A DNA stretch of 62,785 nucleotides, the filler included, from Dicyema japonicum (taxonomy: Eukaryota > Animalia > Dicyemida): assembly GCA_011109175.1 (NCBI GenBank). It is 8 parts of 8 records of this genome, joined end to end, with 100 filler letters (N's around TTAATTAATTAA, not from the genome) between each part and the next. Parts side by side here need not be neighbours in the genome. Positions count along the whole stretch, not along the records: positions 25,612 to 30,328 come from RDEW01000152.1; positions 30,429 to 35,966 come from RDEW01000139.1; positions 36,067 to 38,850 come from RDEW01000093.1; positions 38,951 to 55,196 come from RDEW01000086.1; 4 more parts are not named here. The stretch is one strand, 5' to 3'. Numbering within the stretch: position 1 is the stretch's first letter; each line of letters starts with the position of its first letter. A program made the translations under genes and the position numbers. Below the pieces are notes generated by a model. It had not been told where the DNA came from. It saw only the letters and a program-made list of their open reading frames with translations, and made no database searches. Below, piece by piece: positions 29,701 to 43,559 of the stretch.

Positions 29701-30428
29701 AAATAAATAATTTTAATCTCTATATCAGAAAATAATAATCTGATTAATTCTTAATTTTACTTTTAATACTCGCTAGAAAAATATCACAGTAGAAACTACG
29801 ATCTAGCTATCTTATCAAACCACATGCTCTTCTTACCCAGGTTTTTGTGATTTTTATGTTACTTGACGTGACTCCGTTTTGCGCCATCCTTGTAATAAAT
29901 AAACAAGGAAATACCGGTTTTTCAAATTCTATTTAGGAAAATATCGCATCGCCCGAAATTCTTTGGTCGAATTTTAGTCTCAAAAATAAAATTTATTCGA
30001 TAATATAAAAATAGAATATTTTTAAAAATAGGAAAAATATAGAAATTAGACGTAAAACGAAATTATCGTGATGGACTTGACATCATTGATCACTTAGTTT
30101 TTACTATAATGTGGACCATTTAATTTGTCTGGAGGCAAAGTTATGACGTCATTCTTTACTAATTAAGTACATTGCTTCGTGACAGTCCATGTCTTATTTG
30201 GTATTTAAGGACATAATGACGACTGAAATCGGATACACAAAGTCTCTAAGCCGAAGATACACCAACGTTCTTAGTACCAACACCCCCCGGCAATGGTAAT
30301 TGAAAGAACTTGGGAGGATCATCTCTATNNNNNNNNNNNNNNNNNNNNNNNNNNNNNNNNNNNNNNNNNNNNTTAATTAATTAANNNNNNNNNNNNNNNN
30401 NNNNNNNNNNNNNNNNNNNNNNNNNNNN

Positions 30429-31623
30429 TCAACGAAAATTGTTTCATGAGCGAACGAGATATTGTCAAAAAGTATAAAATTAGTAAAGGTTATTTGATAA
30501 TTCTATTGTTTAGGAGCAGAATCTAGAATTAAACAAAATTATATGAACTTTATAAATAATGGGTCCGTACAATCAAATTGTCTTAGTCACATTTTACAGA
30601 GAAGAGACAGTATATCACAGAAATTCGATAAAATTGTTTATGAATGCTTTTTTAAAGCAAGGGAAGAATTTGTTCCCGTTTCAGGACCTATTCTTAAAAA
30701 CATTGCTATAAAAGTAGCTAGGAATCTAAAAATTGTTGGATGACATCTGATATAATTATTACTTGGTTGAACATTGTGAACGAAGAAATGATTCAACAAA
30801 ACCAAAAAATTGTCTTTTTCTTCACAACGCAAGTTGTCACAAGAATAATTATTTTTCTAACATTGATCTATTTTTTCTGCCAAAAAATGCAACATCATTA
30901 AATCAACCTTTAGATGTGGAGTTATTAATGTAAATAGCACTACCGCGTTGCCATTCTAATTAAATCCGAATAGGAGATCCTTTTAATTTCTCTTGTCTTA
31001 AGTTTTTCTTTTTTATTGTAGTGCGGCTGTTCAAAACGGTAGGAAGCTCGATATCCCATCCGTTCCGTGCGGAGTCCGTGTATGATGAAATGTCCATGAC
31101 GGCCGTTACTAGTCAAACCCGAAACGGAGGTTCCAGCACAGGCAGCCGCTGAGACTCGAACCCCGCGACCATGAGATATAACGACAGGTTCTAGACCACT
31201 CAGTCACCTGGCCATGGGAGTTATTAAATCGTTCAAATCAAATTATTTAAATAATTTGACGTATTTTACCCTATTTTGTGTAGATGAAACAGCAATGAAT
31301 ACACTTGAAGAGAACATTTTCAATTAGTTTCCTGAAGCTCTGAAAGATTATTATAATTTCACAAAAATATTAGGAATGAAAATGAACAAATCCGCAACCG
31401 GAGGGAAATTAACAGACTATTTTCTTATCGTTAAATAAATTTGTTTTTAATATAATTCTGAAAAATCTATAAAATATATTATTTATCTAAAAATTTAATA
31501 AAAAACAAATTTAAATTGTTAAAACTGTGATAAATCTAAAGAAAATGCCGAACCTCCATTTTTGGGGAAATCCCTGTTTTTGGGGCTTTTTTTTAAATAG
31601 GTGCCCCAATAGAGGTCATACTG
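30429..31623 (+). mobile_element. Tigger/pogo DNA transposon, internally deleted, carrying a SINE insertion
   Basis: CENP-B-like HTH (FFKAREEFVPVSGPILKNIA); LNQPLDVGVIKSFK is restored when the SINE is removed; 3' TIR GGTGCCCCAATAGAGGTCATACTG followed by TA at 31624-31625. Confidence 0.85.
30929..31216 (-). mobile_element. tRNA-derived SINE with 11-bp TSD
   Basis: Minus-strand head GGCCAGGTGACTGAGTGGTCTAG (A box) and GGTTCGAGTCT (B box); direct repeats GGAGTTATTAA at 30918-30928 and 31217-31227. Confidence 0.85.
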
Positions 31624-32289
31624 TACTCTCGAAGCTTTTTTCTAAATCTAGAAAAAAATCCAGCCTGATGAGTATTTCGGCAGTTGATCTCAAAAAGACT
31701 TAAAAGTTCATAAATAAGTTGATCTTTTTTAGTAGGAATTCCTTTTGAGTTTGATCAACTCCTCACATTAACTTGGGTAGCACCTAGCCCATACTTAGCC
31801 GACACATAGCCTTTTATGGTCTCAAGGTGTGTACCACGCGATTTTTCAACAGCAGGGGTGTCAGCTTCCTTTGGTATACACTTGACCCACTCCACCAGGT
31901 GTTGTACATCTTAATACAAGTTCACTAATTTATGTGGCGAATTTACTCAGTCCACGTCCCAACAGCCCATGAGAAAAATACAATTCCTTCTTATATCTTG
32001 CAAGCACGTGGAAATGAATATCACTGAGTACTCTTCGGACAATAAGGTCCATTTCATCGTACTCATTCGGCTCAAATTCGATCATGCCATGTTAGTAGTT
32101 TAGGAGTGAAATCGCGTACTCATTCAAGGCATGGAATAAGTTCCGTGCATTGAGGCAAGTTTTGCATAACATTTCTGCCTACTACCCACACCCTACACCA
32201 CACACTTTCCTGTTTCGGGGTGTTAATGAGGTTGGACTCTCGAACGAACGAACGAAAAATTCTTATTGTAAGTCAAAAGAGAAAGGAGA

Positions 32290-34270
32290 CAGCAACTAGG
32301 TCGGAAAGATAAGACGAGACGATTGCTCGGGGCAATCGAGCTCTTCCGAGGGACGTCCGTTCTTTCTGTATTGAGGCAAGTCAGGATGCTATTGATTCCG
32401 ATCGAGAAAAAGGTCGGTCACTCGAGATCGTCTCTGAATGTTCGGATGGATTCTTCGATAACCTGGCGTATCTCCGGGACTTGGTCTCCGCCCAGCTTGG
32501 ACTGGGTCCCATGGGTCTAGCTAAAAGGCTAGCTTCAGCGCATAGCGCCGTATTTTTTCACATTTCAGGAGGATTTTCTGGTATTGCTTCGAGTAGAACT
32601 ATGCTTCCATTTCGTAAAGTAAGCTGGTAGGATCGTCGCGTGGAAGAGGAAGGTATTTGGCTACAGATGCAAACTTCTTAAGAGGCGTATGGCCGCGATG
32701 GCTTTCCCTCTCTTCTTCTTTACATGCAGGTAGTAACCCGAGTTAGCGTCGATTGTGAGCCCAGGTAGCGTATACAACTGGGGCGAGCAATTTCCACTAG
32801 GGGCCCGGGTCTCTGATCTGGTGTTTTTCTTGAGTTGATTTGCAAGTAAGCGGATTTGTCCATTGCTAGTGAGAGCCGCTTACTGACGCACCACTCCTTT
32901 ATCACCTCAATGTTGCTGGCCAGCCATTTCTCGGAAGCCTTTGCGTCCTTTGAAGTGTCCAGGATGAGAACGTCATCAGCGTAGACGAGGAAAGTAGTCC
33001 GGGGTCGGGGTAAAGGGAAACTGCTCATTACCAAATCGAAGAGAAGTGGACTGAGACAGGAGCCTTGCGGCAGCCCCTTAAGAGTGCGATGTTCCTGGAG
33101 CGGAAGCCAGATTCGGAAACGATAGAGTGGCGGTCCGAAAGGAAGCACCGCAGCCAGAGGTAGGCCTCCTCCGGTAACTTACAGAATTGGATTTTTTCCA
33201 ACAGGTCCGATGCCAAACACTGTCGAAACCCTTCGAGATGTCTAAGAATATGAGAGATAGAGTTTCTTTGAACTCCATTGCTTTCGAGATTCTATGGTCA
33301 AGGTTTTTACATGGCTTCTGCTATTTCCTGGCAGCGTCCAGCTTTATCACGAGGTTTAGTTTTCCACCGATTTCAATGATCATATCTTTAAGCGTGGCCC
33401 GGTCGGTGGGGTTAACACAGCGCCGGAGTTTGTTTCTCAGCCGCTTTCTCTCATTGAGGAGAATCCTCACTTTCGCGCTTGGAGTGATCCTCCACGCGTG
33501 GCCAGCACGTGGCTTGGTTGAGTAGGAGGTCAGATATTGATGCATAAATTTGTTTATCTCGTCACACGCGGAGTCGATATCGATGCCAGAGCCACAGCCG
33601 ACAGGGAGACCGTTGTCGTGTAAGAATGCACTTAAGGAGCTCCTGTAGTGCGGCCAGTTGATCTTTGAGGTGGTGTATCGAGTGGATTGGCGTTCTTGCC
33701 TTTCAATGCCAGCGTGAATTTTGACCTCCATTGGTGGTCGCTCTCGATATCGTCAAGCACTGTAGGCTTTCCATAAGATTAGCGACAGAGTGAGAGCAGA
33801 GGCACAGGCACAAGTTGTCCCCGCCGAAGGGCGAGTGATGGTTCGGGTCCTGGTTGGTCATCCGACAGCCAAACGCCGTGTGCTTCGAGTTTAGGTCTCC
33901 AATGAGAAGGCAGTGAGTTGTGCTTGAGAAGAAATCGTCGATCAAACTGGAGCAGGGGGAGGCTCCTCGCGCACCGGAATTTAGTACAAAAGACCGGACT
34001 TCTGCAAGGTGATTTGAGCCTTCAACGCATTAATTGATTTTGAAAGAAGGTTAAACCTTTTGACCTTCCCTAGAGCTGGGTTGTCGATCGTGAAGATATA
34101 AGCGAGGCTCGAGCTGTCAGGCTCGATTGCCAACCAGCTGGTTATGGTCAGCCGAGTCATATGCCTTCTTCACATCCACCACATCGACACTAGTGAGTTT
34201 CCGTGGGCTCTCGCAAGGCATTTATTCACTAATGCCTGCTTCTTAGCTCCCTGCCAATTCCTCCAAGTAC
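32290..34270 (-). mobile_element. Decayed jockey/I-like LINE ORF2 (APE + RT)
   Basis: LLIGDLNSKH, KINWPHYR, IFLDISKGFDSVWH, GLPQGSCLSPLLF and LVYADDVLI. Confidence 0.85.
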
Positions 34271-34369
34271 CTTGCTGAGGACTCTCCCAAATCCAATAAA
34301 AAGGTTATGATAATGTAAATTGTTTTGAAGTGTGATGGTTATGATAATGTAAATTGTTTTGAAGTGATT

Positions 34370-35051
34370 TGTGGCAACGTCTATCTGGATAGAATTAATT
34401 GTATCAGTGATGATATTCTTAATCAAGTTGTTTCGGACATAAAGAATTCTTCCATCAAGATTTCAATCAGTTGGATGAATCTACTGATGTTGATAATTGC
34501 AGTCAACTAATTGCCTTCGTTCGTTATGTGCAAGAAAATTTAATTGCTGAGAGTTTCTTTTTTGTAAACCTCATGAAAAAGAAGCCTCTGCAAAAAATGT
34601 TTTCCATATACTTGAGACTTTTTTTAATGAACATGATATTCCATTGGAAATTATCGGATCAATTTGCACGGATGGTGCTCCAGTTATTCTGGTGAACAGG
34701 TCGGGGTTTGCAGCCCTTTTAAGAATACATGTTCCAGATGTAAAAGTTACTCACTGTATTCTTCATCGACATGCACTCGTATCTCAGTCTGTGCCTATTA
34801 AGTTGAAAGATGTTTTAAAACATATATAAAAATAAGAACCTAAACTCTCTTAGCCTGAAAACGATCTCAGAATTGCATTAGCAAACAAAAAACCGCGTTT
34901 CGAAGAATTAATTAAAACTAAAAGGCAAGAAAATCTCAAGGAACCTAACTATTTTTGAAAATAATATTCTCTGTTAGATTTAAAAATGGGAGTGCCAGGT
35001 TGGTTTTTAAATTTTTGGAGATGCGAACTCAAAACGAATCGGGAAGCACTG
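34370..35051 (+). mobile_element. hAT (Charlie/Buster, ZBED5-like) transposase remnant
   Basis: DESTDVDNCSQLIAFVRYV, GSICTDGA and THCILHRHAL; probable right TIR GGGAAGCACTG ending at 35051. Confidence 0.85.
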
Positions 35052-36066
35052 CCTTAGGAGCAGCGAATTGCAATGAAATTCCCGCGTAAAATTGCCAAGG
35101 AGACACGCTGAAACAGCCAGCTGGAGTTTCTATGGTCCCAAGATCTTTTTAAAATAGAATCGACAAACGAAAAGAATTACAAGATTTCTCTGCAAGAATA
35201 CCACTGATCTCTACCGCCATGGGTGTTAAATAGAAGTTTTCACTAATGGCCGAGTATTGATTTTATTTATACAAACTTTGTCCATTAAAAAATTAGTTTA
35301 AATGAGGTATTAAAATAAAACTCTAACAAAATTATAATTTTTATAAAATTTAATGACTTTAATAGCATTATATATAATAGAAACAACAACTTTAATGGAT
35401 TATTTTATTTACATTGCATTATTTGTTTAAGGATAATAATTAAGACATTAATCATCAATGACGTTTGAAAACATTATAATGTTAAAGATATTAGTTAGTC
35501 AATAAATTCAGTTTAAATTTATGACTTATTAGATTTTTCAATTCCATAGATTTTAGACATGGTAGGAGGGAACTTTTCTAACTTGCTGTAGACTACTCTG
35601 GTATCCTAAGAAATCACATTAGATCGATCAGGAGAGTAGAATGAATAATACAACTTTTTTACAATCAATAAAAGATATTTTTTAAGAATACCTTATATGT
35701 CCACCAATTCCGAGGATAGCAAGTAATCATGTTCATATAAACGAGATTCTTTTTAAAATCTTTTTCCCAATTTTTTCTTGAATATACTTTTTTCACATTG
35801 TCAAGGCGTTTCAGAATATCACTATTTTCACTTGAAATAGTCGCGGCTGTTTTCTTATTACTTCCCGAGTTTAGACTAAACAAAGTTTTTATTTAATTTT
35901 TATGACCTTTAATAGAGTAGAAAGTAGACTTAAGGATGTGCTTTTATAGTTATTTATTGAATTTAANNNNNNNNNNNNNNNNNNNNNNNNNNNNNNNNNN
36001 NNNNNNNNNNTTAATTAATTAANNNNNNNNNNNNNNNNNNNNNNNNNNNNNNNNNNNNNNNNNNNN

Positions 36067-36500
36067 ACTCACATAGGCAGTCCGCGACAGATATACGGTC
36101 AGCTTTGGGGATCCTAATCAGGAGTCTTCGTGTGTGTGTCAGGTTGGAGATCAATTCAAGTATTTCCTGATGGTCTAGTGGAACATGTTCAGAAGGGTAT
36201 CATAGGGAAGAGTTTGTCGTATTATCTGGTAGGAGACAAGATCGACAGTGCCAATCAGAAATGGCAGCCAGGGCTCTTTTAGTCATTCCGGCACAGGAAG
36301 TGTGGAAGCCATACGAACATTCTGTGCAATAGATCATCCGCTTTCTTTTGTTCATTATGTTGCACTTTGTGCAGATCTCATCTTCTTTTGCAGTTTTCTG
36401 CATGTTTTTTCTGATTTTCCTTTCTTATTCTCTTCTTTTTCACTTTTATTAGCAACACAACGACAACAGTGATAGAAAACAAATTGAATAAAGATTTTAA
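36067..36500 (-). mobile_element. 5' region of a probable CRE-like element with an N-terminal PHD finger
   Basis: CTKC-x11-CTECSYGFHTSC-x14-WHCRSC (C4HC3). The same frame continues past one TGA to RLLIRIPKADRISVADCL, which resembles the pre-RT segment of CRE elements. Confidence 0.55.
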
Positions 36501-36655
36501 ATTATCATAAAAGATATTGGGAGTTATTACCGCAACAGTAAATCTAATGGGGGAAAACACCCCTGGAGTGTTTGACAATGGAAATGTGTACTAGGGTCAC
36601 CATAGAACCCTCACTGCAAACATCTTCATTAAATTAGAAACAACATAGGGAATCG

Positions 36656-36919
36656 ATGTTTAGAATGCCTGTCATGTCTGAGAATAACGTGTCCATAATA
36701 AATATCAAATATAATCTTTCTCTAGATGGATTACCATCCCCTTATATTAAAGACAAACTAAAGAGGGTACTTTGAGTGATTCCAGAATGTTTAGAATGTC
36801 TGTCATGTATGAGAATAACGTGTCCATAATAAATATCAAATATAATCTTTCTCTAGATGGATTACCATCCCCTTATATTAAAGACAAACTAAAGAGGGTA
36901 CTTTGAGTGATTCCAGAAT
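36656..36919. repeat. Tandem duplication, 2 x about 131 bp
   Basis: ATGTTTAGAATGYCTGTCATGT...GAGTGATTCCAGA occurs twice with about two substitutions and no n between the copies. Confidence 0.85.
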
Positions 36920-37087
36920 ATTCCAACTCGAAAACAGCCAAAGGGCCACCTGATGTTATGAAAATTGAATTGAGAAATCCCATTTATTATATAACATCAG
37001 GAAACACAAAAAAGTAATTGTAACAAACTAATTAGGTGATCCCGATTCCACTTATTGTCTTTACCATTTTCATGTGGTGTTTATTGG

Positions 37088-37246
37088 GAGTGCGGAAAAA
37101 AAGTCAAGTGGAAAAAAGATCAAGCGGAAAAAAAGTCAAGTTGTTTTTTTTAGTTTATATCGCATTTTTGTGATACTACTAGCATCTTTTAATTTTTAAA
37201 AATTTTTTCAATACTTGACTTTTTTTCCGCTTGACTTTTTTTCCAT
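37088..37246. repeat. Foldback/MITE-like inverted array of GCGGAAAAAAAGTCAA units
   Basis: Three direct units at about 37092-37140 and two inverted units (TTGACTTTTTTTCC) at about 37214-37244; related AAAGTCAAGTAGC units near 8467-8495. Confidence 0.6.
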
Positions 37247-37399
37247 TTTTGAAAATTTTTCCCTTATAAATTTTCGAAATTTAGCGCAAAATGGAAAAAA
37301 TCAATTTAAGAATTTCAAGGTAATAATAAAAATTTTTTTTATTATCAAATGAATAAAAATTAAATTAAGGCATCTGAATGGCCATGCTATTTTCCCTAA

Positions 37400-38046
37400 C
37401 AATAGCCAACGAGATACGTTCTCGGAATCAACTAGTCTCTTGCGAATCCTTGGTCNTCGTAGGTTTGTCCTGTCAGCCACAGTGGGTGCTTCGCATTGAA
37501 GTCACCACAGATAATCACATTTTTTAGTGATGCGAGAGGAGTGAGTCTGGGGGCACTGGATGAGCAGGAACTCAGTGGTGGGAGATATGCGTTGACAATT
37601 GTTATTGATAGTCTTGGGAATCGTATTTTGGTAACCAAAAGTTCGAGATTTCCATATCCTTTAAGCATAGTGTAAGCACTGTTGGTTATGTCCTCAAACG
37701 GAATGCCGTTGCGGATAACTGTGAGAAGAACCCCACCAAGTTTGCCAATTCTGTCACGGCGAATTACTGTGAATCCCGGAAATACTGGTGTTGAATTCTT
37801 TGGAGAAAGTTTAGATTTTTGAATTAGCAACAGATCAATGTGATTTTCTTTCACAAATGTCCGAAGTTCGAGTAATTTGTTCTTGATTCCATTTATGTTC
37901 AGTTGGACTATTCTGGCTGGTCCAGGGTTTGCCTCAACGTCCCCGCAGCGGCGCAGGCCTCCCTTATTGGTCTACCCATGAATATAGGGGAAAGTGTGGT
38001 TCTTTTTTTTCAAATGCCACCACGTCGTCGGCGAGCCACATGACAT
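37400..38046 (-). mobile_element. 5' part of a LINE with a short leader, 2A motif and APE endonuclease
   Basis: ATG at 38046: MSCGSPTTWWHLKKK...LRRCGDVEANPGPARIVQLNINGIKNKLLEL...IDLLLIQ...NAYLPP...ICGDFNAKH. Confidence 0.85.
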
Positions 38047-38950
38047 TTTTTTGTCCAAGTTGTCGGTCTGGGATCACTTAGTTAAGAACTTTATTCTTTT
38101 AACCCGATGATCCTGGGACAATAATAAATACAACGAGGGTTTATCAAACCAAACCTTTCATTACTATCTCCTAATGACATAACACATACGAAGAGGGAAA
38201 GAATGTATATTAACGGAACTAAACAAGGGGTATGACCTCACACAAAAAAGTGAATGTATGCTGTTTTAATTCTAATCTGGTTTGGGAAGAAATTGACAAA
38301 AACTCCTTGTTTTATAATTGTATTAAGCTTCAAACTCTACATTCCAGCATGATCACTACTAAATTATCAACCAAACTTCACATTTGCTTGATAAAGCAGT
38401 TGAACTATTGAAGCACAAGAAAACAGTCCCTAAAATATTACTTATATAATCAACGAAGGAATGACAAGGAAATGAAACGACNCTGTTTAATAATTGTATT
38501 AAGCTTCAAACTCTACATTCCAGCATGATCACTACTAAATTATCAACCAAACTTCACATTTGCTTGATAAAGCAGTGGAACTATTGAAGCACAAGAAAAC
38601 AGTCCCTAAAATATTACTTATATAATCAACGAAGGAATGACAAGGAAATGAAACGACTTCATATCACCTTAAAAATTTATGTTTGACTATCAAACCAATC
38701 TCTAACCCTATAACATACTAAATGATGATAGCGTCTAACAGAGCCAGACGCGGAAGTGGTAGATCCCTGTGAACGCTCTGTTTTAGTGGGATGTTCTTTG
38801 ACTAGCGGCAGTTTCCTAGTGTTAATGAAATAATAACAGCCCTTTCACGANNNNNNNNNNNNNNNNNNNNNNNNNNNNNNNNNNNNNNNNNNNNTTAATT
38901 AATTAANNNNNNNNNNNNNNNNNNNNNNNNNNNNNNNNNNNNNNNNNNNN

Positions 38951-40860
38951 TATGGACAGGTTTTCGCTGTGCATAAAATTTACATTCAGGATAAATTCGC
39001 TTTTGGAATATAAATGATCTGATTAGCATCATTCAATTATTTATTGGACCCAGAGGGAAATCTAGACAGCTAATCACTTTTGTGAATGTGTACGCCATAG
39101 TGGCCGCGTTTCTAAGACGCGGAGGAATTGGACGCTTTCTAGGAAGAACTTGCCAAAATTGTGTTCACTTAAAGTCTTCCTCATTCCTCTTCATTGGCGG
39201 GCGATTGGAATGCTAAAGTTTGAGTACGAAAGGATACAAACATTTTATTGGACTACACGGCAGGGTGATCAAGAACTATCCTGGCACTGCTGTAGCATAT
39301 TTTTTAGATGCTTTTGACTTGTTCCTGTGCAACACCCAATTCTAGCCTTCCGGACGTCATAAAACAATGTGGGAAGGCTCCCGACTTTCGATGGATATCC
39401 GATAAAGATTTATAATCAATTATATTTTGTCTAATAAAAGACAAATCTCTTACGCTACTCGAGGTTTTATGGAGGACTCAGTAATGTTTCTGCAAAATTC
39501 AATCTAAAATCTGGTCTAACTATGGAAGATGGCTATGAGATTATCCCCGCGGAATCTAAAGAGATGTTTCATTCAAACACAATGCAGTTGACATTCCACG
39601 GGATCACGAAGAATGTACATGACTGAACTCTTAAGTTTGTCAGCAAGAATGAAAATGGAATATCAAAAGTTAGTATCAGAGTCAATCAGAAGTATAGGAA
39701 TGGAAATCCCACCAGGAAAGGTATGGTTCGAAACTGTGAGAGAATCCTTTTTGCGGCTGACAAACACTTTAGGAAACCTAAGCTCTACAGAAGTTAGCGT
39801 CACCCACACGTGCCAACTTTATCGAATCTACATAAAGATTTAAAGATCATGTTCAAAAATAAGGTGGATCCGCAAACTGTTTCCAAATTGAAACAAGAAC
39901 GAAGGAGAATCAAAAAAATCAAACTCTTAAACAAGGAACATCAACACCAACTTGGAAAACAATATTAAAAAGATCGAACTCTTTAACAGAGCTGCAACAA
40001 TTATACGTATTCGACTAATAAAGAGGAAGAACCAATCAAGAAAGCTTCTTAAGACAGAAATGGAAAAACAATAGAAAATGCTGTCTAACAGACAGAGTTC
40101 GTCGCATTGCACTTGAACAACTGTTTTTTGTGAAAGGAGAGAAATCTGACTTACGTAAAAAGAAACCAAACTCGAACTGATCATCTTACCGGATGAGGTC
40201 ACTATAACGATAAAGAAGCTCTAATTTATTCGCTCTCATAGTCCAGAAAACATATTTTCAGAACTGATAAGCAGAACTTGCAGAGAAACTCTCAAGATAG
40301 CTGAATGATATGATAGCTACCAAGGATTTTTCAGATTGATACCAGTCCAGAAGAAAATAGACGAACCGGACCCGTTTAAAACTTTCGTCCTGTCATCCTT
40401 CTAAAACCCCTGCGAAAGATCGTTGCCTTGATTGTACTTAATCGGATCCAAGAATTAGTGGACGGGTTCTTGACTCAGAGTCAGAGTGGGTTCACGACAG
40501 AGATCAACAGCTGATGTATTATGGTGCCATAGGTGACATTGTGCTATTCAGCAAAAAGAGTTAATCCTTGAATTGATCTCACCATAGCTTTAGACACTGT
40601 ACGTCTAGGAAAACTCATCTTGAAAGTTTCCTGGATCAGGTCACAATAATATGGATCCTCCTACCAAACACAGTGTACCGAAAACTGTAGGAAGATCATT
40701 AAACTTGACTCGCTTCTTGGAGACTCTGAAGACATTGCCAGATGGAAATTATTTTCTACGGTGACCACGAAATAGCTTTTGAACGGACGGAGCCAAAAGC
40801 GTCAAGTTTACTCATCACTTCGACTCAGATTGTATGAGGCAGTCGTAAACTCTCTTAAAT
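38951..40860 (+). mobile_element. Heavily decayed RTE LINE (APE to RT)
   Basis: ITFVNVYA, FDLFLCNT, NFRPVILLKPLRKIVALIVLNRI, QSQSGF, RSTADV and SLLGDSEDIAR. Confidence 0.75.
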
Positions 40861-43559
40861 GACAGAGTGTTTGATTTTCGCCTTTGATGCGATGCAAGAA
40901 TGTAGGGTTTAACGTCGTGCGCAATTTGGTGCCAATGTGATTGATGACCTCTTTAGTTACTTCATTAGGGGTTAAGACCCCGCCAACAGGTTGAAGGCTT
41001 AGTGAGGGGATTTTTGATTTGCGGCAGTAAATTCCTCCCGATGGCTAGCTGTCCCTCCTATTACCCATCTTCCGCTCCTATTTCAATATGCATCAAGTGA
41101 TCCCAACTACTCTTAGTATTGACCGCATCGTTTCCCAGAATTTCTCTCTGGTACCCACGCATTTGCTGTATTCCAATTTTTGGGCGATTTTTCGTGTTGG
41201 ACGAATATGGGAACAAATTTTTTTACGGTGTCTTCGAACTAGGTTCCTTTGCCATACCCCGTGAGTCGAAAGATGTTCTTGTCGGTTCTAGACTGTGCAC
41301 AGTAAATCCTCACAATGTTCGATCTAGGTAGGTTTGTTCACCATCCATGACTGACAGTTAACATGATAAATTGGGTATACAAAGGACCGTTGAATCAAAC
41401 GATCTTTTGAATTTGGAAAGTAACATTTTTACAAAGTTTGATTTTCTTGTAGACTCACTGATAACATTCAACACAAGTTTGCTGAGGTCATCAGTGCGTC
41501 TCTCAAAGACTCTTGACTGAGTACTTGGATGTGATTTGTATCCTTTCAAAAACAGTTGAAGAATAATGTCATTTTTTGAGTCTCATGAAAACAACGAGGA
41601 AGGTACGGAGATTATTGGGAGATACCAGCATCACCAAATATATTAAATGTATAACTATTTTAATTCGTTTTGTTTANTGATCTAGGTAGGTTTGTTCACC
41701 ATCCATGAATGACATTTGGCTTGATAAATTGGGTATACAAAGGACCGTTGATTCGAACGATCTTTTGAATTTGGAAAGTAACATTTTTACAAAGTTTGAT
41801 TTTTTTGTCGACTCACTGATAACATTCAAAACACGTTGGCTGAGGTCATCAGTGCGTCTCTCAAAGACTCTTGACTGAGTACTTGTATGTGATTTGTCTC
41901 CCTTCAAAAACAGTTGACGAATAATGTCATTTTTTGGGTCTCATGGAAACAATGAGGAAGGTACGGAGATTATTGGGAGATACCAGCATCACCAAATATA
42001 TTAAATGTATAACTATTTTAATTCGTTTTGTTTAATAAAGTTGCAAATGGCCTTAGTATGTGTGAACTGTTCTTCAACTCAAATTTGAAGACACCGAAAC
42101 CATCCGAACACTTTAACGACCATATGGTGCAACTAATGTTAACTCCCATTATGCTATTCTATATCATAAAGCTTAATCCATTCTAAAGTACCCACTCTTT
42201 GTTTTGCTGCTTTATACAAAGCTGCACTTACACTAAAATTACAAAATAATGAAACTAAACCAGTGATCCCACTGATAACTAGATGATCGCCTTTGCCGAA
42301 TACATCAACCAACAAGGAAGAATTTCCCACAGATTGGTAAAAGAAATCAGTCATCGCGTATGAACAAGAATGTCTACAGATAAACTTAAATTGACTCCCA
42401 GATTTCGATTAAAGGTAGTTCAGCTGTCCAATAAAACGTACAACATCAATACAAAATTTTCAACGTAGAACAACCCCCCGTCTTTTGGGGAAGAGCTGCC
42501 AATACTATCACAGAAACCTGCCAAGCCAGAAGAACCCTAACAATTCTCACTACACTACGAAAAACACTGTCAATCTTGATTTTTAGTAGAATCAGGCATA
42601 AGTTCGACGAATACTTATAGACTTTTCGAGAACCTTCGTATAATAAATAAAGAAATTTTATGAAGGTCCTCGAATGAGTTATAAAAATTGATTTTAAGGG
42701 GTTCCAAACTTCATCACNAAAGCAGTGAGAACTATGATAGAGGATTGCTGAAAATTAGTTGGCTTAACTCTTTTGTTCTTGGTGTTTTTGAGTTAAATAA
42801 TGTCAATCCGTCAAAATCGAATAAACTATAGAAAATCCAATCAAAAATTTATGAGAAATGATCCATAACTAGAGTTAGTCTATGTGAGCGGCTTTAGTTG
42901 GTGAAGATCCCTCTTAACCCGCCTTGGATATCAGATCCGAGACAATAGGCAATTAATTGCTTATCTTTGAGTTCCATCCAAAATTTGCCTAAATTTCTTC
43001 CTCCTACTTTTGCAGAATTTTTAGAGAAGATTAGGCATGGCTCTAAAACATCATTCTATGAGGCCTTTTTGGCTGGTAACGTCTGATGAAATCGGATCTG
43101 ACAGTCGTGGGTTCTAATCCGAAAGATGGACTTTTCAGCGAAGGTCAATTCTTGTCAACCAGGTCTTACTCGTGAGGTGACGAGTCTTTCTGACACGATA
43201 CAGTTGTCAAGAGGGATCTTTCTACCTTCATCCCTGACCAATTCGAATGATAAGGATTACCAATATGAAAACTCATCCTCATAATAATGAAGTGATGTCA
43301 GCGACTGTCAGAGGTTTGGCGAAAATGGAAAAGGGTGGACCTACTTCTCCATTTACCTTCGGAAAAAAGTCTGTAATGGACTATTGGAGGATGGATTTGT
43401 CCTTCATAAGCAGACGTTTTCCGTGGGTTCCGTCCTTAATTAGTTATGAATAAGAAAATTTTGCCATAAAATTCCTTTTTCAAGAAGAGTTATTTTTTTA
43501 TTAATGAGTTAAGTTATATAAAAAATATTTTTAAAATGTGTTATCATGTATGGTTCCAT

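Noticed and set aside
31140-31214. Possible tRNA gene
   Set aside because: A and B boxes are present but the cloverleaf is imperfect, and it is the head of a TSD-flanked SINE.
37972-37974. TAG in the 2A-LINE leader where the 14.7-kb copy has TGG, as support for TAG=Trp
   Set aside because: It lies in a decayed transposon copy where random stops are expected, so it is not independent evidence.
43083-43130. CTGATGA...GAAA hammerhead ribozyme-like core (also CTGATGAG near 31665)
   Set aside because: Stem II does not close next to the core and I could not build stems I and III.
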